A stretch of DNA of 38,860 nt, taken from Candidatus Spechtbacteria bacterium SB0662_bin_43 (GTDB taxonomy: Bacteria > Patescibacteriota > Minisyncoccia > Spechtbacterales > 2-12-FULL-38-22). Both the position numbers and the translations under genes were made by a program. The stretch is taken from contig VXOY01000032.1 of NCBI GenBank assembly GCA_009839835.1, forward strand, positions 1 through 38,860, in the 5' to 3' direction. Below are positions 19,068 to 27,593 of this stretch, piece by piece; positions within the stretch are counted from its first letter, which is position 1; every line of letters starts with the position of its first letter. Under the pieces are notes generated by a model, which saw only the letters and a program-made list of their open reading frames with translations, ran no database searches and was not told where the DNA came from.

Positions 19068-19616
19068 TTGTCAAGAATACGACACAGGAAAAAACCACAA
19101 GAAATAAGCGTCAGACGACCCCCTGCCAATCATCAAATTCGCGTAAAAGAAATACGGCTCATTGATGAAAACGGGGTCAATAAGGGTATTGTCGCAACAG
19201 AATCCGCTATCAGACAAGCGATTGATGTGGGAATGGATCTTGTCGCTATTGCTCCATCTGCCACCCCTCCAGTTGCACGAATCGTAGATTTGGGGAAGTA
19301 TATGTACGAACTGGAGAAAAAAGAACGAGACACCAAGAAAAAACAGAAGGACAACAACGTGGTAAAGGGAATACGAATATCCATGCGTATGTCTTCTCAC
19401 GACCTTGAGATACAGGCGCAAAAATTGGATGGATTCTTACAAAAAGGCAATAAAGTGCGAGTTGAACTTATGATGCGTGGACGAGAAAAAGCACTCAGAG
19501 ATTTGGCAGACGAACGGATAAAAACCTTTCTCTCTCTTATCCAAGAACCGCACAAGATAGAGCAAGAACCGCAAAGACAACCGCGTGGACTCTTCCTCGT
19601 CATCAGCAAAACATAA
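19068..19616 (+). CDS. infC: translation initiation factor IF-3 (non-ATG start; exact start uncertain)
   Basis: NHQIR...IRLIDENG, DLV.I.P...PPVARIVD.GKY.Y, GNKVRV. Candidate starts TTG 19068, ATA 19077, ATA 19104. Confidence 0.92.
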   Translation: MSRIRHRKKPQEISVRRPPANHQIRVKEIRLIDENGVNKGIVATESAIRQAIDVGMDLVAIAPSATPPVARIVDLGKYMYELEKKERDTKKKQKDNNVVKGIRISMRMSSHDLEIQAQKLDGFLQKGNKVRVELMMRGREKALRDLADERIKTFLSLIQEPHKIEQEPQRQPRGLFLVISKT

Positions 19617-19624
19617 CGACCACT

Positions 19625-19828
19625 ATGGCGCGCAAAAAACTCAAAACAAGAAAATCTGTAACCAAACGTTTCAAGATAACTGCAACAGGCAAAATACTCC
19701 ACCGTCCTCAGTCGCAAAGCCATTTTAATGCCAAGCAGTCAGGCAACACCAAGCGGCGAAAGCGACGACTTGTTCCTGTTGCAAAAAGCGACGCAAAAGC
19801 ACTAAGGCGTCTTATTCCTTACCTATAA
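19625..19828 (+). CDS. rpmI: 50S ribosomal protein L35
   Basis: KLKTRKSVTKRFKITATGK. Conserved infC-rpmI-rplT order. Confidence 0.95.
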   Translation: MARKKLKTRKSVTKRFKITATGKILHRPQSQSHFNAKQSGNTKRRKRRLVPVAKSDAKALRRLIPYL

Positions 19829-19833
19829 CCACT

Positions 19834-20178
19834 ATGCCCAGAGTAAAACGAGGTTCTACGCGATCCCAGAAAAGAAAAAAAGTTTTAATACACACAAAAG
19901 GATTCAAATGGAGACGAAAAAACGTCTACCGTATTGCGATAGACGCAATGCGACACGCACTTATGCGCTCGTACGTAGGACGAAAAGAAAAAAAGCGAAC
20001 CCGCCGTGCGTTGTGGCAGACCAACATCAACGCAGCTGTACGAAACGAGGGAATGAATTATAGTACATTTATATATAAATTGAAACAAAACAACATAGAA
20101 ATAGACAGAAAGATATTAGCACAGATTGCAAAAGAACAACCCCAAACCTTCAAAGAAATTGTAGAAAAAGTGAAGTAA
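19834..20178 (+). CDS. rplT: 50S ribosomal protein L20
   Basis: MPRVKRG, R.LW...INAA.R, YS.FI, IDRKILA. Confidence 0.97.
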   Translation: MPRVKRGSTRSQKRKKVLIHTKGFKWRRKNVYRIAIDAMRHALMRSYVGRKEKKRTRRALWQTNINAAVRNEGMNYSTFIYKLKQNNIEIDRKILAQIAKEQPQTFKEIVEKVK

Positions 20179-20248
20179 ACGTGATACTACTCAAACCCCT
20201 TCCTTGATTTTGCTACCACGCTTAAACGCGGAAATAACTACTATATAC

Positions 20249-20284
20249 AACAATACACTGCACAACGCAGTGTATTGTTTTTTT
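20249..20284 (+). terminator. intrinsic terminator after rplT
   Basis: 13-bp stem AACAATACACTGC/GCAGTGTATTGTT followed by a T run. Confidence 0.8.
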
Positions 20285-20322
20285 ACAATAGCGCCACAAC
20301 CGCCCATACCCACCCCTCAACC

Positions 20323-20727
20323 TTATTTCAAAAAATCATCTTTTGTATAATCATCAACAGCAGGCGAGTTTCTCACTCCCTCCTGTAAACGAGATACCAG
20401 GTCCTTACTCGCATCATCGCAGTACCCAGTCGCTCTATTAATAACATTATTTACAGGCAATGGTCTTACGTCATTACAATCAAAACACGTCTCTTTACTG
20501 AGAGAGCATTTACCACTATTCAATTCGCTTCTATATGCATCAGGACTAACAATCACCACAGAATTTGCGTTATAAAACAGAGTTGTCTCCGCGTGTTCCA
20601 CTTTTTTATCTATCTGCGATGTCGCCATAACACATAGCGCCATCTTACTCTTCCTCCCTATCACAAAGTATCTATGATGCTTATTCGTATCGTACTCATC
20701 CCACAAAAATACACTGCCAATTTTTAT
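20323..20727 (-). CDS. putative toxin, PemK/MazF-like fold; start uncertain
   Basis: Directly downstream of the Panacea gene. The frame reads IKIGSVFLWDEY..KHHRYFVIG..CVMATSQ..LSKETCFDCN, a PemK-like pattern. First canonical start is TTG 20706. Confidence 0.5.
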   Translation of the reverse strand: MKIGSVFLWDEYDTNKHHRYFVIGRKSKMALCVMATSQIDKKVEHAETTLFYNANSVVIVSPDAYRSELNSGKCSLSKETCFDCNDVRPLPVNNVINRATGYCDDASKDLVSRLQEGVRNSPAVDDYTKDDFLK

Positions 20728-20758
20728 GACATTCTTTGCTGTCTTGCCTATAGAATAG

Positions 20759-21415
20759 TTATTCGAATACCCCCCATGCTGCTTGCCTTTGATGATATAG
20801 AGACCTTACTTCATCCAAGTCCTCTTCTTGAACATCTCCCAACAAATCGTTTTCACCACTTTTTGTTGTGCTAATAAGCTCTTGTATTTTTATATCCTCC
20901 CATGTTTGACTGTCATCAAACTTTGCCCCTTCGGGATACTTGTGTGTCTCTTGCCACAACCTATCGTCAGATGTATCATCGGTAAGAAATGTATGGAACG
21001 CGTCCCATACTGCTCGTAAAGCGGCTATATCTGATTGCGACAACACCTTATCATCAACCTTCTTTTTTGAGGATATACGAATTGACTGAGACGCACCATC
21101 TCTTTTCTGAGCACTATCATCATAGTGTATATCCAAAAAATCTTTTGCGTATTTTATATTACTCACATCCACTTCTCCTTCCCTGTCTAACGCTATGGTC
21201 TCAATCAAGTCAATGGTATCTCTCGCAACAGGACCATACTGCTTTGCTTTATAAGAATCTCCAGTGATAGTGCGAATGGTTGACTCACGAAGATGTTTTT
21301 TATCCGCAAAGTATATAAGTTTTAGGGCATTTGTTTTACGCAATACTTTTCCTTCTTTCTCAGCTTGTATCGCAAAAAAGTTCAGCGCCTGAACTTTTTT
21401 TTGGTAATTGGACAT
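20759..21415 (-). CDS. Panacea (SocA/DUF4065, GepA-like) antitoxin-domain protein
   Basis: KTNALKLIYFAD..H......ITGD.Y.A..YGPV, LSQSDI..L..V, THKYPE. Confidence 0.8.
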   Translation of the reverse strand: MSNYQKKVQALNFFAIQAEKEGKVLRKTNALKLIYFADKKHLRESTIRTITGDSYKAKQYGPVARDTIDLIETIALDREGEVDVSNIKYAKDFLDIHYDDSAQKRDGASQSIRISSKKKVDDKVLSQSDIAALRAVWDAFHTFLTDDTSDDRLWQETHKYPEGAKFDDSQTWEDIKIQELISTTKSGENDLLGDVQEEDLDEVRSLYHQRQAAWGVFE

Positions 21416-21457
21416 ATACGATAGTAAAAACTAATAGTTAGTGACTTGTTGTATAAT

Positions 21458-21486
21458 ATAATACCACCTGCTATAAAACTTGTCAT
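21458..21486 (-). promoter_or_regulatory. sigma70-type promoter of the Panacea operon
   Basis: ATGACA-17 nt-TATTAT with an extended -10 TG, minus strand. Confidence 0.45.
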
Positions 21487-21592
21487 TTTTTGTAGCATTG
21501 CAGCCAATTCTTACACTCGCACATAAAAGAAATGTTTGTCAAACATTTTGGTATAGTCTTTGTACAAAGGTTAATACATTCATACTGAGTTG

Positions 21593-22747
21593 TCACCTCA
21601 ACGCCTCAATACCAGGGAGGGTTCCGTCTGCTAAGTATTCCAGCATTGCACCACCGCCTGTTGAGATGTGATCTACTGCGCCTCTTGCCTTTGCCATATC
21701 AAGCGCAAAAATTGACTCGCCACCCCCAACAGTTATCTCTGCGTTGGATCTCCGAAATGAGTCAATCACCCGCAGGGTTCCAAAATCAAAATCATCGTCT
21801 TCAATGTACCCTAATGGCCCATTGAAAAACACGGTTTTTGCGTTGATGATGTGTGTTGCGAATACATCTACGGTCTGTGGTCCAATATCCAGTATCATAT
21901 CACTGCCCTGTATCTCGTCTATCATCTTGATGGTCTTGCCCCCTTTCCCCTCCATATCAGGAGATACGACAAAATCAACGGGGAGGATAATCTTTTCCCG
22001 CGGCACCCTCATTGACGCAAGGTAGTTTTGTACCTCTGCGTCTTCGGTGATAACGCTCTTTCCAACATCAATGCCGTGCGACACCAGTATCTCGTTTGCC
22101 AAAACACCTCCAAAGCAAAAATGAGAAACAGCACCTTGCAACGCCTCAATCATACGAATCTTGGAACGGGCTTTTGCTCCTCCCATAATGAAAACAACGG
22201 GTTTGCGATGTGAGTGGCGCAACGAACTCAACGCATCAATCTCTCGCTGAAACAGCAACCCTGCGTACGACTCCATACGTTTGGGTAGTGCAACAACAGA
22301 GGTGTGTTTCCTGTGCGACACTGCAAAAGCATCGTTAACAAACACATCACCCAGTGCTGCCAACTCAACAGCCAACTCACCTGAATTCTTTTCTTCGCGC
22401 TCATCAAAACGAATATTCTCAAGAACCGCAATGCCTCCCTGCTTCATCCCCGACATACCTTTCTTTGCATCGTCCGTTGTGCGAAAGAACGATACTGGAG
22501 CATCCAATAACGTGCTCAAATGGGTTGCTATTGGTTCAAGAGAGAGCGAGCTATCAACGCCTTCTGGTCTGCCCCGATGGCTCACAATGAGTACAGTGCC
22601 ACCATTCTCAACGATGTACTCTATGGTTGGAATACACGCAACAATACGAAAATCCTCTTTGATACTACCGTTTGCAACAGGCACATTAAAATCTGTACGG
22701 AGTATAATTTTTTTTCCTTGTATCTCTTTATTACGAATGTACTTCAT
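21593..22747 (-). CDS. pgk: phosphoglycerate kinase
   Basis: RTDFNVP, SHRGRP, LENIRF, VNDAFAVSHRKH, HISTGGGAMLEYL...LPG. Confidence 0.97.
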   Translation of the reverse strand: MKYIRNKEIQGKKIILRTDFNVPVANGSIKEDFRIVACIPTIEYIVENGGTVLIVSHRGRPEGVDSSLSLEPIATHLSTLLDAPVSFFRTTDDAKKGMSGMKQGGIAVLENIRFDEREEKNSGELAVELAALGDVFVNDAFAVSHRKHTSVVALPKRMESYAGLLFQREIDALSSLRHSHRKPVVFIMGGAKARSKIRMIEALQGAVSHFCFGGVLANEILVSHGIDVGKSVITEDAEVQNYLASMRVPREKIILPVDFVVSPDMEGKGGKTIKMIDEIQGSDMILDIGPQTVDVFATHIINAKTVFFNGPLGYIEDDDFDFGTLRVIDSFRRSNAEITVGGGESIFALDMAKARGAVDHISTGGGAMLEYLADGTLPGIEALR

Positions 22748-23550
22748 AGTAATTCTTGTTGAATAGTAGCGTACATCGCGATAAACTCCTTTGCATCCTC
22801 CTTTACGCTTGCGCCACCAACCAGTAATCCTCGCATCCCTGTATTTTTCAGCAGAACAACCGCGTTGTTTGAGTCTGTACTTCCGCCATACAAAATGGGG
22901 ATTGCTATACCTGCCTGCCCATACAGTGTATGGAGTGTTTTTTGAATAAAAATACGAACCGTCAAAATATCGTCTGGGTCAGCACTCTGTCCTGTGCCGA
23001 TTGCCCACACGGGTTCGTATGCAATAATGACTCGCTTTGCCTGCCGTTCATTGACACCTGCGAGCGCGTCTGTAATTTGACGTTTTATCATTGGGTCAAC
23101 CATTACAGTGCCGTTATCTGCCTTTCGAGTGTGCTCACCAACCGCAATAATGGGTCTCATCCCTTCTTGCAGTAGTGCGAGCACTTTTTTGTTGACCATT
23201 CCGTTTGTTTCCCCCATTGCCCTCCGTTCTGAATGACCAACAATACAATACGAACACCCCATACTTTTGAGCATCCGCGAAGACACCTCACCTGTGTACG
23301 CACCTGCATCCTCGTAAAAACAGTTCTGCGCCCCCACATCCACATCTTTACTGACATCGCTCACAATCGACACATAAGGAAAAGGAGGACATATAACCAC
23401 ATTTATCCGCGAATCAAAGATTGTGTCCTGTGCTCCGCCACCAATGCCATGCACAGTTTTTTGCGCTAATGACTCTGCTTGCTTATACGTGGTTGGGTTC
23501 ATTTTCCAGTTCGCAACCAAGTATAGTGTGTTGTTTTTGTGTTGTGCCAT
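22744..23550 (-). CDS. tpiA: triose-phosphate isomerase
   Basis: ANWKMN, GAYTGEVS, VGHSERR, AYEPVWAIGTG, LYGGS, LVGGAS. Confidence 0.97.
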   Translation of the reverse strand: MAQHKNNTLYLVANWKMNPTTYKQAESLAQKTVHGIGGGAQDTIFDSRINVVICPPFPYVSIVSDVSKDVDVGAQNCFYEDAGAYTGEVSSRMLKSMGCSYCIVGHSERRAMGETNGMVNKKVLALLQEGMRPIIAVGEHTRKADNGTVMVDPMIKRQITDALAGVNERQAKRVIIAYEPVWAIGTGQSADPDDILTVRIFIQKTLHTLYGQAGIAIPILYGGSTDSNNAVVLLKNTGMRGLLVGGASVKEDAKEFIAMYATIQQELL

Positions 23551-23551
23551 A

Positions 23552-24220
23552 TTATCTCCGCACCTTACGAACGCCGTTTAGTATTGTGTCTGTTACTTTC
23601 TCTCGCAACGACTTGTTCTTATGAAATTTATAAAGAAGAAAGGCTATACCAAGAACGACAAGGGCAAAAACAATGTACGAAATATACTGAGTGTACTCTA
23701 CTGATCGTTCCCATTGCTCTCCTAAGTACCACCCGATAAAAACGAACAAGAATACCGATACAAATGAGCCCAGGAATGTGAAAACACCAAATAACGCAAC
23801 GTTCATCCTTGAAGCACCAGCTATAAATGGCAGAATGCCGCGAACGCCTGGCACAAATCTACCGAAAAACACAATAGTCGCTCCGTGCTTCTCAAACATC
23901 TCGTACCCGCGGCGCAACTCTTTCTCGCGAATAAAACAGTACTTCCCGTATCGTGTTAAAAATGGAGTGCCCCAGTATCGCGCAACGCCATACGACATCA
24001 AGTTGCCAAGGGTTGTGGCGCCACTCCCGATAAAAACAATGAGCCAAAACGACATTGCGCCAGAAAAAGCAAGGAATCCTGCAAAGGGTAACATCACCTC
24101 TTCTATAGGCAGTGGAAGGACAGTTCCTTCCAAAAACATTCCGAAAAAAATACCTTCATACCCGCCCCGTTCTACGATATTGATACAAAAATCTACAACG
24201 CCTTGCAACATAACTACCAT
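23552..24220 (-). CDS. dedA: DedA family membrane protein
   Basis: P.P.E..LPFAGF, FEKHG...VFFGRFVPGVR...AG...M. Start probably 24220 or 24211. Confidence 0.9.
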   Translation of the reverse strand: MVVMLQGVVDFCINIVERGGYEGIFFGMFLEGTVLPLPIEEVMLPFAGFLAFSGAMSFWLIVFIGSGATTLGNLMSYGVARYWGTPFLTRYGKYCFIREKELRRGYEMFEKHGATIVFFGRFVPGVRGILPFIAGASRMNVALFGVFTFLGSFVSVFLFVFIGWYLGEQWERSVEYTQYISYIVFALVVLGIAFLLYKFHKNKSLREKVTDTILNGVRKVRR

Positions 24221-24306
24221 TAGTATATCACACAAAAAGACAGAGTGTATGATAGTGTTGTGCATTCCCTTTTGAAGCGCGACAGAGAAGAACAGGGATT
24301 TGTTAC

Positions 24307-24406
24307 GAAAAGGATTTTTACCTTTTTGTGCCTACAATGCCACCGCTGTACATACCATTATCTATAATAAATGAGATGGGGTATAAAAAAGGTAAGAATC
24401 CTTTTC
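24307..24406. repeat. 100-bp element with an imperfect ~26-bp terminal inverted repeat, same family as 6473-6570
   Basis: GAAAAGGATTTTTACCTTTTTGTGCC ... GGTATAAAAAAGGTAAGAATCCTTTTC. Confidence 0.75.
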
Positions 24407-24472
24407 TTTGAGTATGTGGCACTTCAAGAAAGAATGTACCTATATGCTTTGAATTGTACTACACAATCTCTC

Positions 24473-25111
24473 CTACTCTTCTTCTAAATAAATAACTCTC
24501 CGTATGATTTGAACTGGGTCGTTATCCCTATAGGTTGCCAAAAATGGTATGGTGTTCCACCCATTATCTAATAGATAGTCGTGCGAAAACGAACCATCAG
24601 AAATATCCACCGCACTCCCATCAATGGTAAGAGTATCAACCTGTTGCACAGTCCCTGTCAACGTTATGGCTTTGTCAGCACTCACGCTGTGGAGCTCTAC
24701 AGGATGAGTAATTTTCACTTGGGGCGAACGGGTAATAATTGATTGGTTGTAGTACACATACACCAGGGATACAAGCACCACAATAATACCCATAGCAACA
24801 AGGTGCCGAACGGTAATAATCGGTCGTGAACGAAAAACGCGGATCCTTTTTTTGACACGATTGTTTTCTAAAAATGTACTCCTCTTTCTATGAATAAACG
24901 CGTTTTGCAAAGCCGCCTCATCGCCACCTGTTGCTTGCGCCCAAAACCTCAAAAACCCCTTGGTATAAACAGGTGGGGGTAATTTTTCATACTCCTCTTT
25001 TTCAAGGTGCTTCAAATAGTGGATTGGTATTCTCGTAAGACGAGATAATTCTTCAAAGGAAAGGTTCGCGTTTTTACGAAGCGCACGAAGTTGAGTTCCT
25101 AACTGTTTCAT
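24473..25111 (-). CDS. RodZ-like membrane protein (HTH_25 + TM + Ig-like domain)
   Basis: LG..LR..R...LS.EE....TRI...YL..LE....LP..VY..GFL, then a TM helix. ATGA overlap with ftsK. Confidence 0.8.
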   Translation of the reverse strand: MKQLGTQLRALRKNANLSFEELSRLTRIPIHYLKHLEKEEYEKLPPPVYTKGFLRFWAQATGGDEAALQNAFIHRKRSTFLENNRVKKRIRVFRSRPIITVRHLVAMGIIVVLVSLVYVYYNQSIITRSPQVKITHPVELHSVSADKAITLTGTVQQVDTLTIDGSAVDISDGSFSHDYLLDNGWNTIPFLATYRDNDPVQIIRRVIYLEEE

Positions 25112-27441
25112 CCTGGTGGATTGTGGTTATGGGTACTATTGTGCTGTGATGATTGCGGATGAGACAATGGATCGTCACCATTCTCTTCGCCACCCTGCTG
25201 GGATTGCGGCGCTGCATCGGAAGGTATGGGTTGTGCAAGGTGCGATTCGGTCTGACGTACTCCATCCACAGGTTCTGACGGCGCCACAGGTCCTCCGTAT
25301 TGCTCTTCTTCTGACAGGGCGTACACTTCTCTGGGACGGGCTCCATCTGCAGGACCAATAACATTATTCTCTTCCAAGAGGTCAAGGAGCCGCGCTGCAC
25401 GTGCGTACCCAACGCGCAAACGACGTTGGAGCAGTGAAGCAGATGCCTTTTTGCTCGCAATAACAATATCCTTTGCCTCATTGTATAGTGTATCCTCTTG
25501 GCTTGGGTCGCCTGCACCACTGCTTGAGGAAACAGAGTCAAAATCAACAGCACTCAGCGAAGATGGGTCGCTTGCTTTTTGTTCCCCTGCAAAATCCTTC
25601 ATATCACTCTCTTTGGCAGACGATTGGCTCCTGATAAAGTCAGCAACTTTCTTGACTTCAGAGTCTTGGACAAATGCTCCTTGTATACGAATAGGGGTTG
25701 AGGATTGGGGAGGTATAAAGAGCATATCACCTTTCCCAAGCAATTTTTCGGCTCCTGGCGCGTCAAGGATTGTCCGCGAATCAATCTGAGACGCAACAGA
25801 AAAAGACATCCGTGAAGGGAGGTTTGCTTTAATAGTGCCAGTAATAACTTCTACAGAAGGTCGCTGTGTCGCAACAATGAGATGAATACCTGCTGCTCGC
25901 GCGAGCTGAGCAATACGAACTACCAGCCCTTCGACTTCTTTTCCCTTCACTGCCATCAAATCCGCAAACTCGTCAATGATAACCACAAGGTATGGCAGAG
26001 GACCCTCTTGCTGTATGGCTTCTTTGTTTTTATGGTACGACCCAATATCGCGCGCGCCAACGCGATTGAATATGTCAAACCGCCGCTCCATCTCGGCAAC
26101 AGCCCACTTCAACGCGTTGATAGCTTTGGAGCTCTCGGTCACAACAGGGGCTAACAGGTGTGGAATGTTTGCGTACACCCCGAACTCAACTCGTTTTGGA
26201 TCTATTAAAATAAGGCGCAACTGCTGAGGTGTATTTCTATACAACAAACTCATAATCACCGTTGTTACCGCAATAGTCTTACCTGAACCAGTGCTCCCTG
26301 CTATCAAAAGATGGGGCATTTTTGTGAGGTCAGAATACACAGGTTTTCCTGAAACATCGCGCCCCAACGCAATCGCTAAATCTCCTGCTTCTTGAAATTC
26401 ACGTCTCTCTATCAGGGCACGCAACCGCACGAGCGCTGTTGTTTTATTCGGCACCTCAAGCCCAACAAGCGACCTCCCAGGGATCGGTGCCTCAATACGC
26501 AACGAGCGTGCTGCCAAAGCCAACGCAACATCATTTGTCAAAGCAGTAATTTTTGATAAACGAATTCCATCTGCAGGCTTGATAGTGTATTGCGTCACTG
26601 TTGGTCCTACATTGACCTCGCCCATATCAACGCTAATACCAAATGTCTGAAACGTTTTTTGTATTGCGCGGGCATTCTCCTGAATATTGCCACCTAAAGG
26701 TTTTCCCTCTTCTTGCTTTAACAAGTCAAATGGTGGCAAACGAAAACGGGCATCAACGGCTGCAAACGCAGTCTTCTGTACTCCTCGTCCCTCTTGTGTG
26801 TCGTGTTGTTTCTCTCTAATCACAACAGGAGAAGTAGATGCAAGCTGCGGTTCTGTAGATTCTCCATCTGTATGATGGTGTGCCTTTTCAAACGGCGTCT
26901 CCTCTTCCTCTTGAAAAGCAACATCGCCTTGTTCTTGCGACTCCTTCTTTCTCCATTCTTGCAAAACATGCAACAACGAGATGTTGAACCCAACAATAAT
27001 GGTGGCTACGAGGAGAGCCATTATCACAAGAAACCCTCCTATTGTTCCTACGATACTGGAAAGCGCAGAGGATAAACCTTCGCCCACAACACCTGCATCA
27101 ACAGAGATGAACGACAAAAACCCTAAGAACGCGAAGAAGAAACCGATCGACGCAAAAGCAATGCTGTTTGACCGTTCTCCTCCTACTCGTGTTGCAAAGA
27201 GCACGCCACACAACAAAACAACAAGAGGAAGACCGTACCGACCGACTCCTATCACAGCATCCAACGAATCACGAATCAGCTCACCAGCCTTTCCACCTTG
27301 ATTGAAAAAACTAAGGACAACAATCGCGACAATAACAAATAGGGTAAGTGCCAAAATACCCTTCAAAACACTGTGCTGATTCTCTTCCTGTACTACCTCT
27401 TCTTCTTTTTCTTTTTTGGTTTTTCTTTTTCTCCTCGGCAT
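25108..27441 (-). CDS. ftsK: DNA translocase FtsK/SpoIIIE
   Basis: N-terminal TM domain, Walker A AGSTGSGKT, IIDEFADLM, ATQRPS, gamma domain SASLLQRRLRVGYARAARL. Start set to MPRRK. Confidence 0.96.
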   Translation of the reverse strand: MPRRKRKTKKEKEEEVVQEENQHSVLKGILALTLFVIVAIVVLSFFNQGGKAGELIRDSLDAVIGVGRYGLPLVVLLCGVLFATRVGGERSNSIAFASIGFFFAFLGFLSFISVDAGVVGEGLSSALSSIVGTIGGFLVIMALLVATIIVGFNISLLHVLQEWRKKESQEQGDVAFQEEEETPFEKAHHHTDGESTEPQLASTSPVVIREKQHDTQEGRGVQKTAFAAVDARFRLPPFDLLKQEEGKPLGGNIQENARAIQKTFQTFGISVDMGEVNVGPTVTQYTIKPADGIRLSKITALTNDVALALAARSLRIEAPIPGRSLVGLEVPNKTTALVRLRALIERREFQEAGDLAIALGRDVSGKPVYSDLTKMPHLLIAGSTGSGKTIAVTTVIMSLLYRNTPQQLRLILIDPKRVEFGVYANIPHLLAPVVTESSKAINALKWAVAEMERRFDIFNRVGARDIGSYHKNKEAIQQEGPLPYLVVIIDEFADLMAVKGKEVEGLVVRIAQLARAAGIHLIVATQRPSVEVITGTIKANLPSRMSFSVASQIDSRTILDAPGAEKLLGKGDMLFIPPQSSTPIRIQGAFVQDSEVKKVADFIRSQSSAKESDMKDFAGEQKASDPSSLSAVDFDSVSSSSGAGDPSQEDTLYNEAKDIVIASKKASASLLQRRLRVGYARAARLLDLLEENNVIGPADGARPREVYALSEEEQYGGPVAPSEPVDGVRQTESHLAQPIPSDAAPQSQQGGEENGDDPLSHPQSSQHNSTHNHNPPG

Positions 27442-27593
27442 ATCGTACAAAACAAAAAGGCACACAAACACACTATCATTCACTCTCTACCGTCACTCCT
27501 GCCGCCTTGTCGGAACAAAAGACTGCAGAAACGCGCTATCTTCTGGCAAGGAACCAGCGTACACAAAAGAATACTGCGTATGGCTGGTCCTTG

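Noticed and set aside
25108-25320. Low-complexity Pro/Gln/His-rich tail of FtsK; acidic insert in ArgS
   Set aside because: Probably disordered lineage-specific extensions, with no motif or repeat structure.
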